Positions 19,314 to 28,816 of a stretch of 64,000 nt of DNA are shown piece by piece. Both the position numbers and the translations under genes were made by a program. The first letter of the stretch is position 1; each line of letters begins with the position of its first letter. The stretch comes from Bdellovibrionota bacterium. Lineage in GTDB: Bacteria; Bdellovibrionota_C; UBA2361; OMII01. Under the pieces are notes generated by a model. That model made no database searches. It saw only the letters and a program-made list of their open reading frames with translations, and was not told the origin of the DNA. Location of the stretch: contig JBIJBE010000018.1 of assembly GCA_044345405.1 (NCBI GenBank), positions 685 to 64,684 of the forward strand. The letters are read 5' to 3'.

Positions 19314-20870
19314 ATGAGCACTCATAACATCTCGATCGGTCATTCGCGCTTTACGCGGCTCGCGTTGTGGATCTCCCTGTGTGTTCTCGTGGGGTCGTAC
19401 ATCTGCCTTCCTGTGGCCGATCCGGATCTGTGGTGGCATATCACGGTAGGGCGATGGATCGTCGCGCATAAAGAGATCCCAACCGTTGATTACTGGAACA
19501 TGTTTTCAGGCTCGCAGATCTGGCGAGCGTACTCGTGGAGCAATGAGATAGTTCTCGCCTTGATCGATAGTCGTTGGGGTGGCGTTGGACTTGCTGTTGC
19601 CCAGGTTGTGTTAGGGATCAGTCTCGCCGCGTGTCTTCAGTATGTATGTGGACGGTTGTGCCGGGATTACTACATCGGAGCTTTAATTGGCACCTACGCG
19701 ACGGTAGCAAGCTACAATAATTTTACCCTTCGCCCTCAAGTGCTGGTGTGGATATTGTTCGCGGCGGCGATCTGCGTCGCGGATGAGATCGCTCAAAAGG
19801 GAGCCTCACGGTGGCGGTTGGGAGCGCTCGCCCTCGTCGGGGCGCTATGGGCTAACACGCATCTCACCGCGGTATTAGGACTCGGAGCGGTTGTCTTGTG
19901 GAGTGTGCAATCGGCTCCGGGGGAGATCTCGATCAAGCGAGCTCTGCGAGTGGGTGGCGCTTTCTTTCTCGGAACCCTTGTTACACCGTATCTCGGGGGC
20001 GAATGGCTAACCTTCTTCGCTAAGGGGACTCACCCGCTTAAGTATCAAGCTATTTCGGAGTTTCAACCTGCGACAATTTTACAATTCTCCTCGGTGTTTG
20101 TTCTCCTTCTCGTGTTTCTTCTCTTGGTCGTGTCCTACACCACTCGAGCTCTTCCAACCCTCGCGCGGGGGATGTTGGCGAGTGGTATGCTCCTGGCGGG
20201 ATTAACCGCGGTGAAATTTATACCGTTCGCCGCTATCTCTTGGGCGATGCTCTTTGCGGTGTGGTGGAGAGAGTGTGGGGCGTCTCATCGCTCTCGTGTC
20301 CATGATAATTTCGCGGAGGGGCTTCTCATGTCGAAAGAGAAGTTTATGGGTCTCTCGGCGCAAACGGGAAAGGCGATAGTGTTTTTGATTGTCGCGATCT
20401 CAACGGTCAACATCACGCACCTCCTACGAAAACCTCTGAACACCACGATAGTGCCCAAGACCGCTCTCGACTTCATTGAGCAACACTATCTGCCCCATCC
20501 ACTGCTGAATGAATTCAGCACGGGTGGATACCTGATGTACCGCTTCAGTGACGGCTCCGGAGTACCGCGTCATAAGGTCGCGATAGATGGTCGAACGAAT
20601 GTGAATCCGGATAGTGTGTGGGAGATGTACCGCGCTAGTTTTACCGGCAAGGCATCGTGGCATGATTTCATCGATAAGGTTCAGGCTCAGACGATACTGT
20701 GGCGCCAGGGAAGCCCGATGGTTTCCCTCCTGCTCGTATCACCGGAGTGGTGTCGAGTATTTAGCTCAGGTCCAGGAGACGAGGACCACGCGGTGTTCAT
20801 CCGATCGGAGCTCTTCAAAACTCGAAGTGGGGAGTTCACTTCAAGTGACTGTCCCGCTGAACCCGCATAA
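19314..20870 (+). CDS. polytopic membrane protein, GT-C-like (putative glycosyltransferase)
   Basis: 518 aa, ~11 TM helices, first periplasmic loop with acidic motif (PVADPDLWWH). Confidence 0.4.
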   Translation: MSTHNISIGHSRFTRLALWISLCVLVGSYICLPVADPDLWWHITVGRWIVAHKEIPTVDYWNMFSGSQIWRAYSWSNEIVLALIDSRWGGVGLAVAQVVLGISLAACLQYVCGRLCRDYYIGALIGTYATVASYNNFTLRPQVLVWILFAAAICVADEIAQKGASRWRLGALALVGALWANTHLTAVLGLGAVVLWSVQSAPGEISIKRALRVGGAFFLGTLVTPYLGGEWLTFFAKGTHPLKYQAISEFQPATILQFSSVFVLLLVFLLLVVSYTTRALPTLARGMLASGMLLAGLTAVKFIPFAAISWAMLFAVWWRECGASHRSRVHDNFAEGLLMSKEKFMGLSAQTGKAIVFLIVAISTVNITHLLRKPLNTTIVPKTALDFIEQHYLPHPLLNEFSTGGYLMYRFSDGSGVPRHKVAIDGRTNVNPDSVWEMYRASFTGKASWHDFIDKVQAQTILWRQGSPMVSLLLVSPEWCRVFSSGPGDEDHAVFIRSELFKTRSGEFTSSDCPAEPA

Positions 20871-21141
20871 GGGCCGGCTCACGGTTCGACATCGGCACGG
20901 CGAGAGGCCCTACGTATTGCGAAAAAAACGTAGACGCCAGAGGGCTAGAGACTTCCTCTATTTCAGTATGTTGGACGTGGCGGGCCTTAAAAAATAAGGC
21001 TGTATCAACCATCCCTTATCCTGGAAGGCTATCAAAAGGGTGGCTATTTGTTAAGAAGGCGCTCTGGCGTGCCGTCTCTGAACCTAAGCGTTCCAGGATG
21101 TTGCGTACATGGGCATGTGACCAGGGGATTTTTTTAGAGAG

Positions 21142-21471
21142 GTGTATATGAGGTTCCTGAGTTACTTCGCTGTGCTTCTGTTCGTGATGACTGCCTCTTC
21201 CTCCGTTGTTCGGGCTGAGGATTCCAAGGAGACCCCTCCATGGGCCGAATCGTGCCGTCATTACCATGCCTCCCGCCAATTTGTCAGTGAATCGACCTTA
21301 TATTGCATGCGACAGCGGGACCAAAAAGGGTGCCGCTCGCTGGCACAGCGCTATTTTGAGCGATGCGGCTTCTCAGGTGATTACCAGAAGATGTCGGCTC
21401 GCATGGGCGCCCGTATGCTCTTGGTCCTTGCGCTTAGCTCCGTACGTTCGGTACACCATATAGACCTATAA
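21142..21471 (+). CDS. small secreted hypothetical protein
   Basis: Signal peptide MYMRFLSYFAVLLFVMTASSSVVRA; 109 aa. Confidence 0.35.
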   Translation: MYMRFLSYFAVLLFVMTASSSVVRAEDSKETPPWAESCRHYHASRQFVSESTLYCMRQRDQKGCRSLAQRYFERCGFSGDYQKMSARMGARMLLVLALSSVRSVHHIDL

Positions 21472-21513
21472 CGCTGAACTCTTTAAGTTCGGCTTAGTTT
21501 ACGGAGAGGGGAT

Positions 21514-21852
21514 ATGAGGGGCTTTCGTCTGGGCTGGACAGTCGCAGCGTGTTTCATAAGTTTAAGTTTTGGGTGCGTTGGGGAGGCGACCCCTCGACCG
21601 AACGATAAGCCGCCTACGAATTTCGCTGAATGTGTCGCGGCGGGTGGCGCTATTCTTAAGAGCTATCCCGGACAGTGTGTCACGAAAGATGGGGTAAGGT
21701 TCATTGATGAGGCGCAGGCTCACGCGGCGAAAGCGGAGCGTGCGTGCAAGGATCTGTGTGGAAATGGGACGTGTGAGGAGATGGTATGCATGGCGATAGG
21801 ATGCCCATGCGCGGAGTCTCACGCGAGTTGCCCGGCTGATTGTAAGGAGTAG
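21514..21852 (+). CDS. small Cys-rich lipoprotein
   Basis: Lipobox LSFGC; 12 Cys in 90 mature residues (CGNGTCEEMVCMAIGCPCAESHASCPADC). Confidence 0.45.
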   Translation: MRGFRLGWTVAACFISLSFGCVGEATPRPNDKPPTNFAECVAAGGAILKSYPGQCVTKDGVRFIDEAQAHAAKAERACKDLCGNGTCEEMVCMAIGCPCAESHASCPADCKE

Positions 21853-21878
21853 TAGCGACGTTTAGTGGAAGGCGGGAT

Positions 21879-22328
21879 TTAATTCCACGCTTTGCTGATT
21901 CGCTGAGCGCTAGTGCGAACTCCACGAAGTCCGCGAAGCGCCTCATCGGCGATATTCTGAACCTCTCCAACGGTCATGCCGAGCTCCTTGGAGATCTCCT
22001 CCAGGGTTGCCGGTGGTTCTCCGTTCGGAGGGAAGAGCGCAGCGATTACTTCAGACTCAAGCTTTCCGAGCGTTTGCACCGCGACCTCAACACGTGAGGG
22101 AGCCTCGGCTGGTTGGTTCGCTGGAGGCACAAATGGAGGGTCGAAGTCGCACGATGGGTCGAGGAACTGCTCAAGTCGCTCATCCGGGCTCACCAAAGTA
22201 ATGTTTGGGTTAGCCCGAGCTCTGGCTCGTGTTGATTTTTTAGGAGATCGAGAAGACGACTTTCGTTCGGGCTGTTGGCCCTCATTCGTTTGGCATCGTG
22301 TTAGTGACTTTCTCTGCCGAAGCCCCAT
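21879..22328 (-). CDS. sigma-70 region-4-only protein (HTH) with basic disordered N-terminus
   Basis: C-terminal LESEVIAALFPPNGEPPATLEEISKELGMTVGEVQNIADEALRGLR matches sigma-70 region 4.2. There is no region 2 or 3. Confidence 0.55.
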   Translation of the reverse strand: MGLRQRKSLTRCQTNEGQQPERKSSSRSPKKSTRARARANPNITLVSPDERLEQFLDPSCDFDPPFVPPANQPAEAPSRVEVAVQTLGKLESEVIAALFPPNGEPPATLEEISKELGMTVGEVQNIADEALRGLRGVRTSAQRISKAWN

Positions 22329-22636
22329 GGCTGACCTATAAACGCTCGTCGTAGTTCCACAGTAGCAACGCCGTCCCTATGAAGTCAAACAAAGGGGGGT
22401 AAAAAAAAGGGATTCTCGGCGCGATGATAGAGAGTCCTTTCAGAGTGTTAGGTCGATCGGCCTGGTGTTTTGCGGGGATCGGAAGAACCTCCTGAATCCT
22501 CGCACGCCGGGGCTTTGGGCTCAGGGCAGTGCGAGGGACCCTTCCGGGTGGCGTGGTTTGATTCCGGGTTGTGCGATCCGAACCATTGTAGATATGAAGT
22601 GATGGTGTTGAGCGTTCTATCCTTTCCCCCAATTCG

Positions 22637-25381
22637 ATGAAGAAGATCCTGGCGTTCGTGCGCTCCGCGCGTCGACAACTTGTGGGTGAGCGGGCACGTG
22701 ATGTGTCGGTGGCGCGAGACATCTTTTTTTCGCGTGTAACCGCAAGTCTCCTGCGCCGCCGGGGAATCATTTCGAAAGATGAAGAGCTCTCGTTCTCCGC
22801 GTGCTCCGACGCGCTCACGCGTGAGTTTGGCGACGCTCCTCAGTACATGCTTCGAGCGGCGACTCATGAGCCACTTCCCGATTGGTTCGATGATTCGATC
22901 AATGATGCCGTTGCTAACGATCCCCTCGTGATGGGATGGGCCTATCAATTTTGGAACGACGCTGAGCGTGATACAGCGACGACAGGTATCTCTCGTCGTG
23001 GCGAGGCTCGAACCGATGCCCGAGAGATAGCGGTAGCGACGCAGCTCTTCACCGAAGAGTACATGGCCTCGTTTTTGATTGAGCGGTCGTTCGCTTTGGA
23101 TCGGTTCGGTTCCGGGGTTGCGTGTGATGACGGTAGTGATGTCCTCGATCCGGCGTGCGGGGTGGGGCACATCCTCGTACCGTTTTTGAGATCTCTGCGC
23201 GCGGGTCGGATTCACCCAGGCGGGCCATCGCTCACCGCCATGGAGGCGCTCTCTCGTATCCACGGTTGCGATATCGACGAGACCGCCGTGGAGATATGTC
23301 GAGTGCTCCTCTTTGTTGAGGCGCGCGCGTCATCAAAGAGTGAAAGCAAAGCCGCATGGTCTATCGTTCGGCGCAATATCATTCATCTCCCGTCTCCATG
23401 GGGAACTCTCGACCGTCGATGCGCATCGAACGTTCTCGGTCGAACGTATCGGTACGTAATCACCAATCCTCCGTATATTGGGCGGCGAAAGTTAACCGAG
23501 GAGATCCGGGATTTTCTCGACGCGCACTATCCGGCGACCTCAATGGATCTGTGCGCCGCTTTTATGGAGCGGTGTCTTGAGTTGACACGCGACGGAGGAA
23601 TACTTGGTCTTGTAACCGTTGATAAATGGTTGCGGTTGAAGCCGTATGAAGCGCTTCGTGTTGGAGGGAAGGGGTTTCAGGGGCTCTATCGCGCGGTGTC
23701 TCTCGACACGGTGTGTGAGCTTGGGCAACGAGCTTTTGGTTCTGTGAGCGGTCTCCACGACGGTGTCGGCGTGTGCTTACTTACCGCCACGAAAGTTCCA
23801 CCCGCGGTCGAGCACGAGTTCCGTTTTATCTCGGCGGCGGACAAGCTCTCTCAAGAAGATAAGATTCGAGGGTTGAAGGCATGGCAAGATGGTGGAGGCT
23901 CGACGATTCGTCAGCGTGATCTTCTGCGGGACGGTGAGAGTACCACCTTTATTCTTCGTCACGGGATTCCCTCACGCCTTGTCGGGTCGAGACGTGTCGT
24001 GAACGATGTGGCTCGCGTGGTCGTGGGGCTCCAAACGAGTGATGATCGACGCTTCGTCCGCCCGGTGTGGAGCGTTCCTCCCGATAGATCCCGATGGCTC
24101 GTGCATAGCAAGGGGGGAGGGTACGATCGTTGGTTCGGTCTCAATCGGTATCTCTTAGCTTGGCGCGAAGGGAGGTCTCGATTTGAGGAGGATCCTAAAA
24201 GTGGTATCGCGGTTAAAAAGTGGTTCGATGAGGAGGGATGGACCTACACCTGGTTCGCGAACGGAGCCCTTGGACTTCGTCGTAAGGAGGCGGGATGGTC
24301 GTTCGGGAGAGCGGCCTCGTCAGGGGTTTTTTGTGAAGACACTCGATGTGTGGCTTTCCTGAATTCACGGGTGGCGTCGCTGCTGGCTCGGCGTTTAGGG
24401 GGCAAGGCGCAACTGCCTGAGGGGATCGTTCGTTCGCTGCCGATTCCGGAATCGTTCGAGGAGATCGATCCACGTTTGGTTGACGCAGCGGTCTTGTTGA
24501 AGCGAGCGCTCGTTGCGCATGATCCGACCGACGCCACTTTCTCTCCTCGACGACCGTGGGATCCTCGGGAGCTGGTGGGTATTCAAGCCTTGCTTCTTTT
24601 GGTTGAGGGAATCCTTGAGCGACAGGTGTGCGATATGCTCCGCCTTAGTCACGGTGAGCGACGAGAACTTGATGCCACTATGGGTACACCGGCCGCCTGG
24701 TACGGTCGACGTCAGTCTTTAGGGGACGATGAGGTGTGGAGCGTCATTCCCGAATCTTTGCGGGAGCTACGGCCGCTTGTTGAGTCTTTTGTGGAACGGA
24801 CGGAGTACTCACAAGGCGCTAGAGGTGAATGTGCTCGATATTTCGAATCGTCGATCAGGAGCGTCCACCGAGGGCGACCTCTTCCCGCGACATCACTCAT
24901 GGAAACGATCAGTCGAGGCATGGCGCTTCATCCCTTTGATGTCGCGCTCGATATGCTCGGGTTGATCGGAACGCATCGAGCGGCTACCGATCGGATCGTA
25001 GCTCCCACCGTTGTCTCTCGAATCGTGACGCTCACTTTGACCGAGTTGGGGCACCAATGGTGGGGAGATGGAACGTACGACCCTGATGGAGTGTATCCGG
25101 AGCTCTCTCTTGGGGAATTAACGGCACGCGTCGAGCGTGTCGTGCCAACCGTTATGAAAATACCGCAAGATTTGGTTCGTGAACTCCTCGGCGGGTCCCT
25201 GGAGGAGTGGCTCGTGTCGATGTTTAGAGCGGCTCAACTAAGGGTGTTTTCTGGCACTCAACTTGCGCGCTGGTATGAGGGGCGCTCAGGTAGAGTGAGC
25301 GCCGTGCGGCATGTGTGGCAACGACCTTACGCTACGAGCGCTGATGGTAGACCCGAGAGCCTGGAGCGAGGCTTTCCGTAA
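22637..25381 (+). CDS. gamma-class N6-adenine DNA methyltransferase, type IIG/PglX-like, no nuclease domain
   Basis: 914 aa. Motif I LDPACGVGHIL precedes motif IV VITNPPYIG. A GWAYQFWN motif lies upstream of motif I. The ~430-aa C-terminal extension is likely the target-recognition region. Confidence 0.7.
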   Translation: MKKILAFVRSARRQLVGERARDVSVARDIFFSRVTASLLRRRGIISKDEELSFSACSDALTREFGDAPQYMLRAATHEPLPDWFDDSINDAVANDPLVMGWAYQFWNDAERDTATTGISRRGEARTDAREIAVATQLFTEEYMASFLIERSFALDRFGSGVACDDGSDVLDPACGVGHILVPFLRSLRAGRIHPGGPSLTAMEALSRIHGCDIDETAVEICRVLLFVEARASSKSESKAAWSIVRRNIIHLPSPWGTLDRRCASNVLGRTYRYVITNPPYIGRRKLTEEIRDFLDAHYPATSMDLCAAFMERCLELTRDGGILGLVTVDKWLRLKPYEALRVGGKGFQGLYRAVSLDTVCELGQRAFGSVSGLHDGVGVCLLTATKVPPAVEHEFRFISAADKLSQEDKIRGLKAWQDGGGSTIRQRDLLRDGESTTFILRHGIPSRLVGSRRVVNDVARVVVGLQTSDDRRFVRPVWSVPPDRSRWLVHSKGGGYDRWFGLNRYLLAWREGRSRFEEDPKSGIAVKKWFDEEGWTYTWFANGALGLRRKEAGWSFGRAASSGVFCEDTRCVAFLNSRVASLLARRLGGKAQLPEGIVRSLPIPESFEEIDPRLVDAAVLLKRALVAHDPTDATFSPRRPWDPRELVGIQALLLLVEGILERQVCDMLRLSHGERRELDATMGTPAAWYGRRQSLGDDEVWSVIPESLRELRPLVESFVERTEYSQGARGECARYFESSIRSVHRGRPLPATSLMETISRGMALHPFDVALDMLGLIGTHRAATDRIVAPTVVSRIVTLTLTELGHQWWGDGTYDPDGVYPELSLGELTARVERVVPTVMKIPQDLVRELLGGSLEEWLVSMFRAAQLRVFSGTQLARWYEGRSGRVSAVRHVWQRPYATSADGRPESLERGFP

Positions 25382-26123
25382 TCCACACGTTACCACCAAC
25401 GGTGCTTCCCGCGCCGATAACCGTTCTTCCGCCGAGGATAGTCGCGTTGGCGTAGATAACGACATCGCGCTCAATGGTCGGGTGTCGCTGCGTGTCAGCC
25501 ATCGATTTATCAACACTGAGCGCGCCTAGGGTGACTCCCTGATAGATCTTCACGTTGTCGTGAATGACGGTTGTCTCGCCGATGACGATACCGGTGCCGT
25601 GGTCGATAACGAACGACCTTCCGATCGTGGCGCCTGGATGGATATCCACACCCGTTAAGCGGTGCGCATACTCAGTGAGCATCCGAGGCACTATCGAGAT
25701 CCTCTGCTGATGGAGCCAATGCGCGATCCGGTACACCGCGATGGCGAGAAATCCGGGATAGGCTAAGATAACCTCATCCACACTCTTCGCGGCGGGATCC
25801 CCTTTGAAAATGGCTTGCGCGTCCTCAAGGAGCACGGCGTGAAACTCTGGAAGGTGCGCAGTGTACCCATCGATGATGGCGAGGACCTCTCGCTCCTCGG
25901 TGGTGACGGGCTTGCAAAGCCTCGTAAGGCTCGTCTCGATACGCGCCACAAGGGCACTAATCTCCGCGCGCTCCAGCTGTTCTCCGCGAGAGTGCTGCGG
26001 AAAGAGGGCAGCGAGCGAGGAGTCTATGAACTCCGAAACGGCCGTGGGATCGGGTGATGCGGAGGAGAGGCTCCCGCGAAGCGAGAGGAGGGCGTCGACG
26101 GTGGCGTTCCTGGAGTGCGGCAT
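25332..26123 (-). CDS. cysE: serine O-acetyltransferase
   Basis: SATase N-terminal domain plus left-handed beta-helix hexapeptide repeats (DHGTGIVIGETTVIHDNVKIYQGVTLG). Confidence 0.8.
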   Translation of the reverse strand: MPHSRNATVDALLSLRGSLSSASPDPTAVSEFIDSSLAALFPQHSRGEQLERAEISALVARIETSLTRLCKPVTTEEREVLAIIDGYTAHLPEFHAVLLEDAQAIFKGDPAAKSVDEVILAYPGFLAIAVYRIAHWLHQQRISIVPRMLTEYAHRLTGVDIHPGATIGRSFVIDHGTGIVIGETTVIHDNVKIYQGVTLGALSVDKSMADTQRHPTIERDVVIYANATILGGRTVIGAGSTVGGNVWITESLAPGSRVYHQRS

Positions 26124-26279
26124 AGAGTGTGTCCCGTGAGAGCTTTTGACGAATACTGCTCAACAGTCTACAAATAAAAAAACAACGATTCTAGCTCAAA
26201 AGGGGTAATTTGAGCGAGAACGGTCGTGGCGCGGAGTCGCCGCTTGTCGTGATAATCCGATGTGAAGAGGTAGGGAGGT

Positions 26280-27056
26280 ATGAATTCTCTCATTGTATTG
26301 CCAGATGAGGTTCGTGAGGGCGCAATCGCCACACTCGTTGGGGCGCGCGCTCGGTACGCGATTACCACGCACGAAGTCCGGGAAGGGCAGACCCTGAAGG
26401 TGGGTGTGATGGATGGAATGCGAGGGGAGGGACTAGTCACCTCGGTTTCAACCGACGCTGTGACGATAGCGTTGAGCCTCACTGAGCCAGCTCTCGCTCC
26501 TCTCCCTGTCTCGTTAATTGTTGGGGTAAGTCGTCCTCAAACGGTCAAGAAAGTCATTCAGTCAGCGGTCATGTTTGGGGTCTCCTCGCTACATTTCGTC
26601 AGAAGCGAAAAGGGTGAGAAAAGCTATCTGCAGTCCCGCTCTCTCGATGAGGATCAGATCGAGGAGGAAACCATTAAAGCGATGGAGCAGGTGTGGGATA
26701 GTCGGAGGCCTGAGATAGTGGTGCACCGTACATTCTCTCACTTCATGAAGCAAAAGTTGCAGATGGTGATGGATGCCACACGCGACCTAGCGGCGGCGGA
26801 GGAGGTTGTGAAACTGGTGGCCCATCCGGGCGGAACTTCGCTTACCTGTACCGACGCCCCTCGTATCGCTAACGCGGCAACGATTATCGCGATCGGTCCC
26901 GAGCGAGGATGGAGTGATGATGAGGTGCTGCTTTTCGAGGAGTTCGGATTCCAAACGATCGGCCTGGGAGAGCGGGTTGTAAGGGTGGAGCTTGCGCTCG
27001 TGTTTCTCCTTGGCAAGTTGGCGCTTTTGCGCTCCTCCGGCGCGTTTTCCCGTTGA
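26280..27056 (+). CDS. rsmE: 16S rRNA (uracil1498-N3)-methyltransferase, RsmE family
   Basis: PUA-like N-terminus followed by a SPOUT fold (IIAIGPERGWSDDEV...GFQTIGLGERVVRVE). Confidence 0.75.
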   Translation: MNSLIVLPDEVREGAIATLVGARARYAITTHEVREGQTLKVGVMDGMRGEGLVTSVSTDAVTIALSLTEPALAPLPVSLIVGVSRPQTVKKVIQSAVMFGVSSLHFVRSEKGEKSYLQSRSLDEDQIEEETIKAMEQVWDSRRPEIVVHRTFSHFMKQKLQMVMDATRDLAAAEEVVKLVAHPGGTSLTCTDAPRIANAATIIAIGPERGWSDDEVLLFEEFGFQTIGLGERVVRVELALVFLLGKLALLRSSGAFSR

Positions 27057-27264
27057 AGTGGGGGTTCGCGGGCTTAGAGAGGCCGCTAAACGCCTGAAAA
27101 GTGCTGTTCTTTGGCGGTTTTGCCCAAAATAGAAAAAAAACATGAAGTATTCTCGCAAACTGTGCCGATAGGCATATAGAGGGATCCCGTATACCTGCCG
27201 GAGGTGACGCTCGTTCATCGAGCGGGCTCAGACCGCGCTAGGGAGGGAGGCGGAATACAAGCAT

Positions 27265-28161
27265 ATGGCAATTACCAGCACATACGGTCGCAACAAGCGA
27301 AGAGGGGGATCGAATTCAGCGCGGCTCCTGACAGTTGGAGCAATCGGCGTGGGTCTCGTTGTTGTCGTCGCCGGGACACTTCATCTTTCAAGCGGTCCTA
27401 GTAAGGCTAATACGGTCGTGGCCGCCACACAGAGAGTTGTGGATGATGGGATGATCGATATCATCGTTCCTATGCAAAGCGTACAACCTGGCGCAACCCT
27501 CGATCCGAAGATGTTTCGTCGAGTCAAGAAGCCGGAAATCGTTGTAGGTACCGACATCATTCGCGACTTCGAGGAGATTAAGGGTCTTTACAGTAAAGGC
27601 ATGCTCGTAGCGGAGCAACCTATCCACCGTGATCTCCTTACTAGTCTTCAGCCAGTGAACGCGCTGACGGCGAGTATTCCAAAAGGATATCGTGCTATCG
27701 CTATCTCTGTTGACGCTACGAGTAGTGTTGAGGGATGGGCCCAGCCAGGAGCGCGAGTTGACGTGATCTGGGTCACCAAGGACTTCGGTATGCAAATGGC
27801 GTACGTGATCGCTCCGAACGCGAAGGTTCTTTCCGCGAATAAGAAGGCGGAGGGAGCTCGAGTTGAAGGTAAAGATAAAGAATCCGAGGTTCCCTCGACA
27901 GTAACCCTCTTGTTGTCCGTTCGTGACGCCATGCGTGTTCGTTTAGCGGCTCTCAACGGACGCTTGGCCCTGGTGTTGAGAGGCATCGATTCTGATAACA
28001 ATAAGCCAGCTGGGCCGATTAGCGAAGGCTCCCTCTTCAACGTGGGAAGCAGGGTCGCGATGCCTACGGATCGTAACATCGTGGACGTAAAAGTTAAGGA
28101 CCGTCGAACCGGCAAGGTAGAGACCCTCAAGTTCGAAGACGGATTACGAGTCAAAGAATAG
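27265..28161 (+). CDS. cpaB: Flp/Tad pilus assembly protein CpaB-like (SAF + RcpC domains)
   Basis: N-terminal TM, SAF domain, and the C-terminal CpaB signature STVTLLLSVRDAMRVRLAALNGRLALVLRG. Confidence 0.7.
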   Translation: MAITSTYGRNKRRGGSNSARLLTVGAIGVGLVVVVAGTLHLSSGPSKANTVVAATQRVVDDGMIDIIVPMQSVQPGATLDPKMFRRVKKPEIVVGTDIIRDFEEIKGLYSKGMLVAEQPIHRDLLTSLQPVNALTASIPKGYRAIAISVDATSSVEGWAQPGARVDVIWVTKDFGMQMAYVIAPNAKVLSANKKAEGARVEGKDKESEVPSTVTLLLSVRDAMRVRLAALNGRLALVLRGIDSDNNKPAGPISEGSLFNVGSRVAMPTDRNIVDVKVKDRRTGKVETLKFEDGLRVKE

Positions 28162-28275
28162 GCGAAAGCCCGCCTCACTGAAGGGGAGGGTTGCCATTAT
28201 GCACTTTTCCTTACGTTGGGAGGTGGTCTAGACTGGAATGGTTGTGTGTAAACCGCTCCACGAGGCCTCCTGGAC

Positions 28276-28809
28276 ATGACTGTAACCTCACCGCTCCTCC
28301 GGGCGATTCATAAGGAATTGAACATTCCGCTCGACTACGCTGAACGTACAGGGCTCCCGTCGTACGAGGAGGTCGCGTTATCCGAACTGGTTGTCGCGCA
28401 GTTGGATGAGGCTGGTCGGCCCCTTGTGTTGACGAAGCTCGCCGCTCAGGCGCTCGCGTCCATGAGAGCCGCGGCCCTTCAAAGCGGTGTTGAGCTTCTT
28501 CCCTTCTCCGGGTTTCGTTCCTATCTCTATCAGAAGGGGCTGCTCGCCGCGAAGCTCCACAAGGGGATCTCGCTCGATGATATCTTGCGGGTCTTGGCGG
28601 CGCCTGGATATTCCGAGCATCACACCGGTGAGGCGGTGGATATTACGACGCCGGGGTGCCCCCCAGCTGAAGAGATCTTTGAGGCCACGCCGGCGTATGG
28701 TTGGTTGAAGGACCACGCCGCTCGTTTCGGTTTTACCGAGAGCTTCCCCCGAGGAAATCCTCACAGCTTGGTGTACGAACCGTGGCATTGGAAGTTTAGC
28801 GCCAAGTAG
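28276..28809 (+). CDS. D-alanyl-D-alanine carboxypeptidase, peptidase M15B (VanY-like)
   Basis: SEHHTGEAVDI (HxxxxxxD zinc ligands) and EPWHWKF motif. Confidence 0.7.
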   Translation: MTVTSPLLRAIHKELNIPLDYAERTGLPSYEEVALSELVVAQLDEAGRPLVLTKLAAQALASMRAAALQSGVELLPFSGFRSYLYQKGLLAAKLHKGISLDDILRVLAAPGYSEHHTGEAVDITTPGCPPAEEIFEATPAYGWLKDHAARFGFTESFPRGNPHSLVYEPWHWKFSAK

Positions 28810-28816
28810 GTGTCGC

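Noticed and set aside
22336-23263. Minus-strand ORFs (160 aa and 271 aa) overlapping the 5' part of the methyltransferase gene and its upstream region.
   Set aside because: They lie antisense to a gene with clear conserved MTase motifs, and are Arg/Ser/Pro-rich low-complexity translations typical of GC-rich antisense frames.
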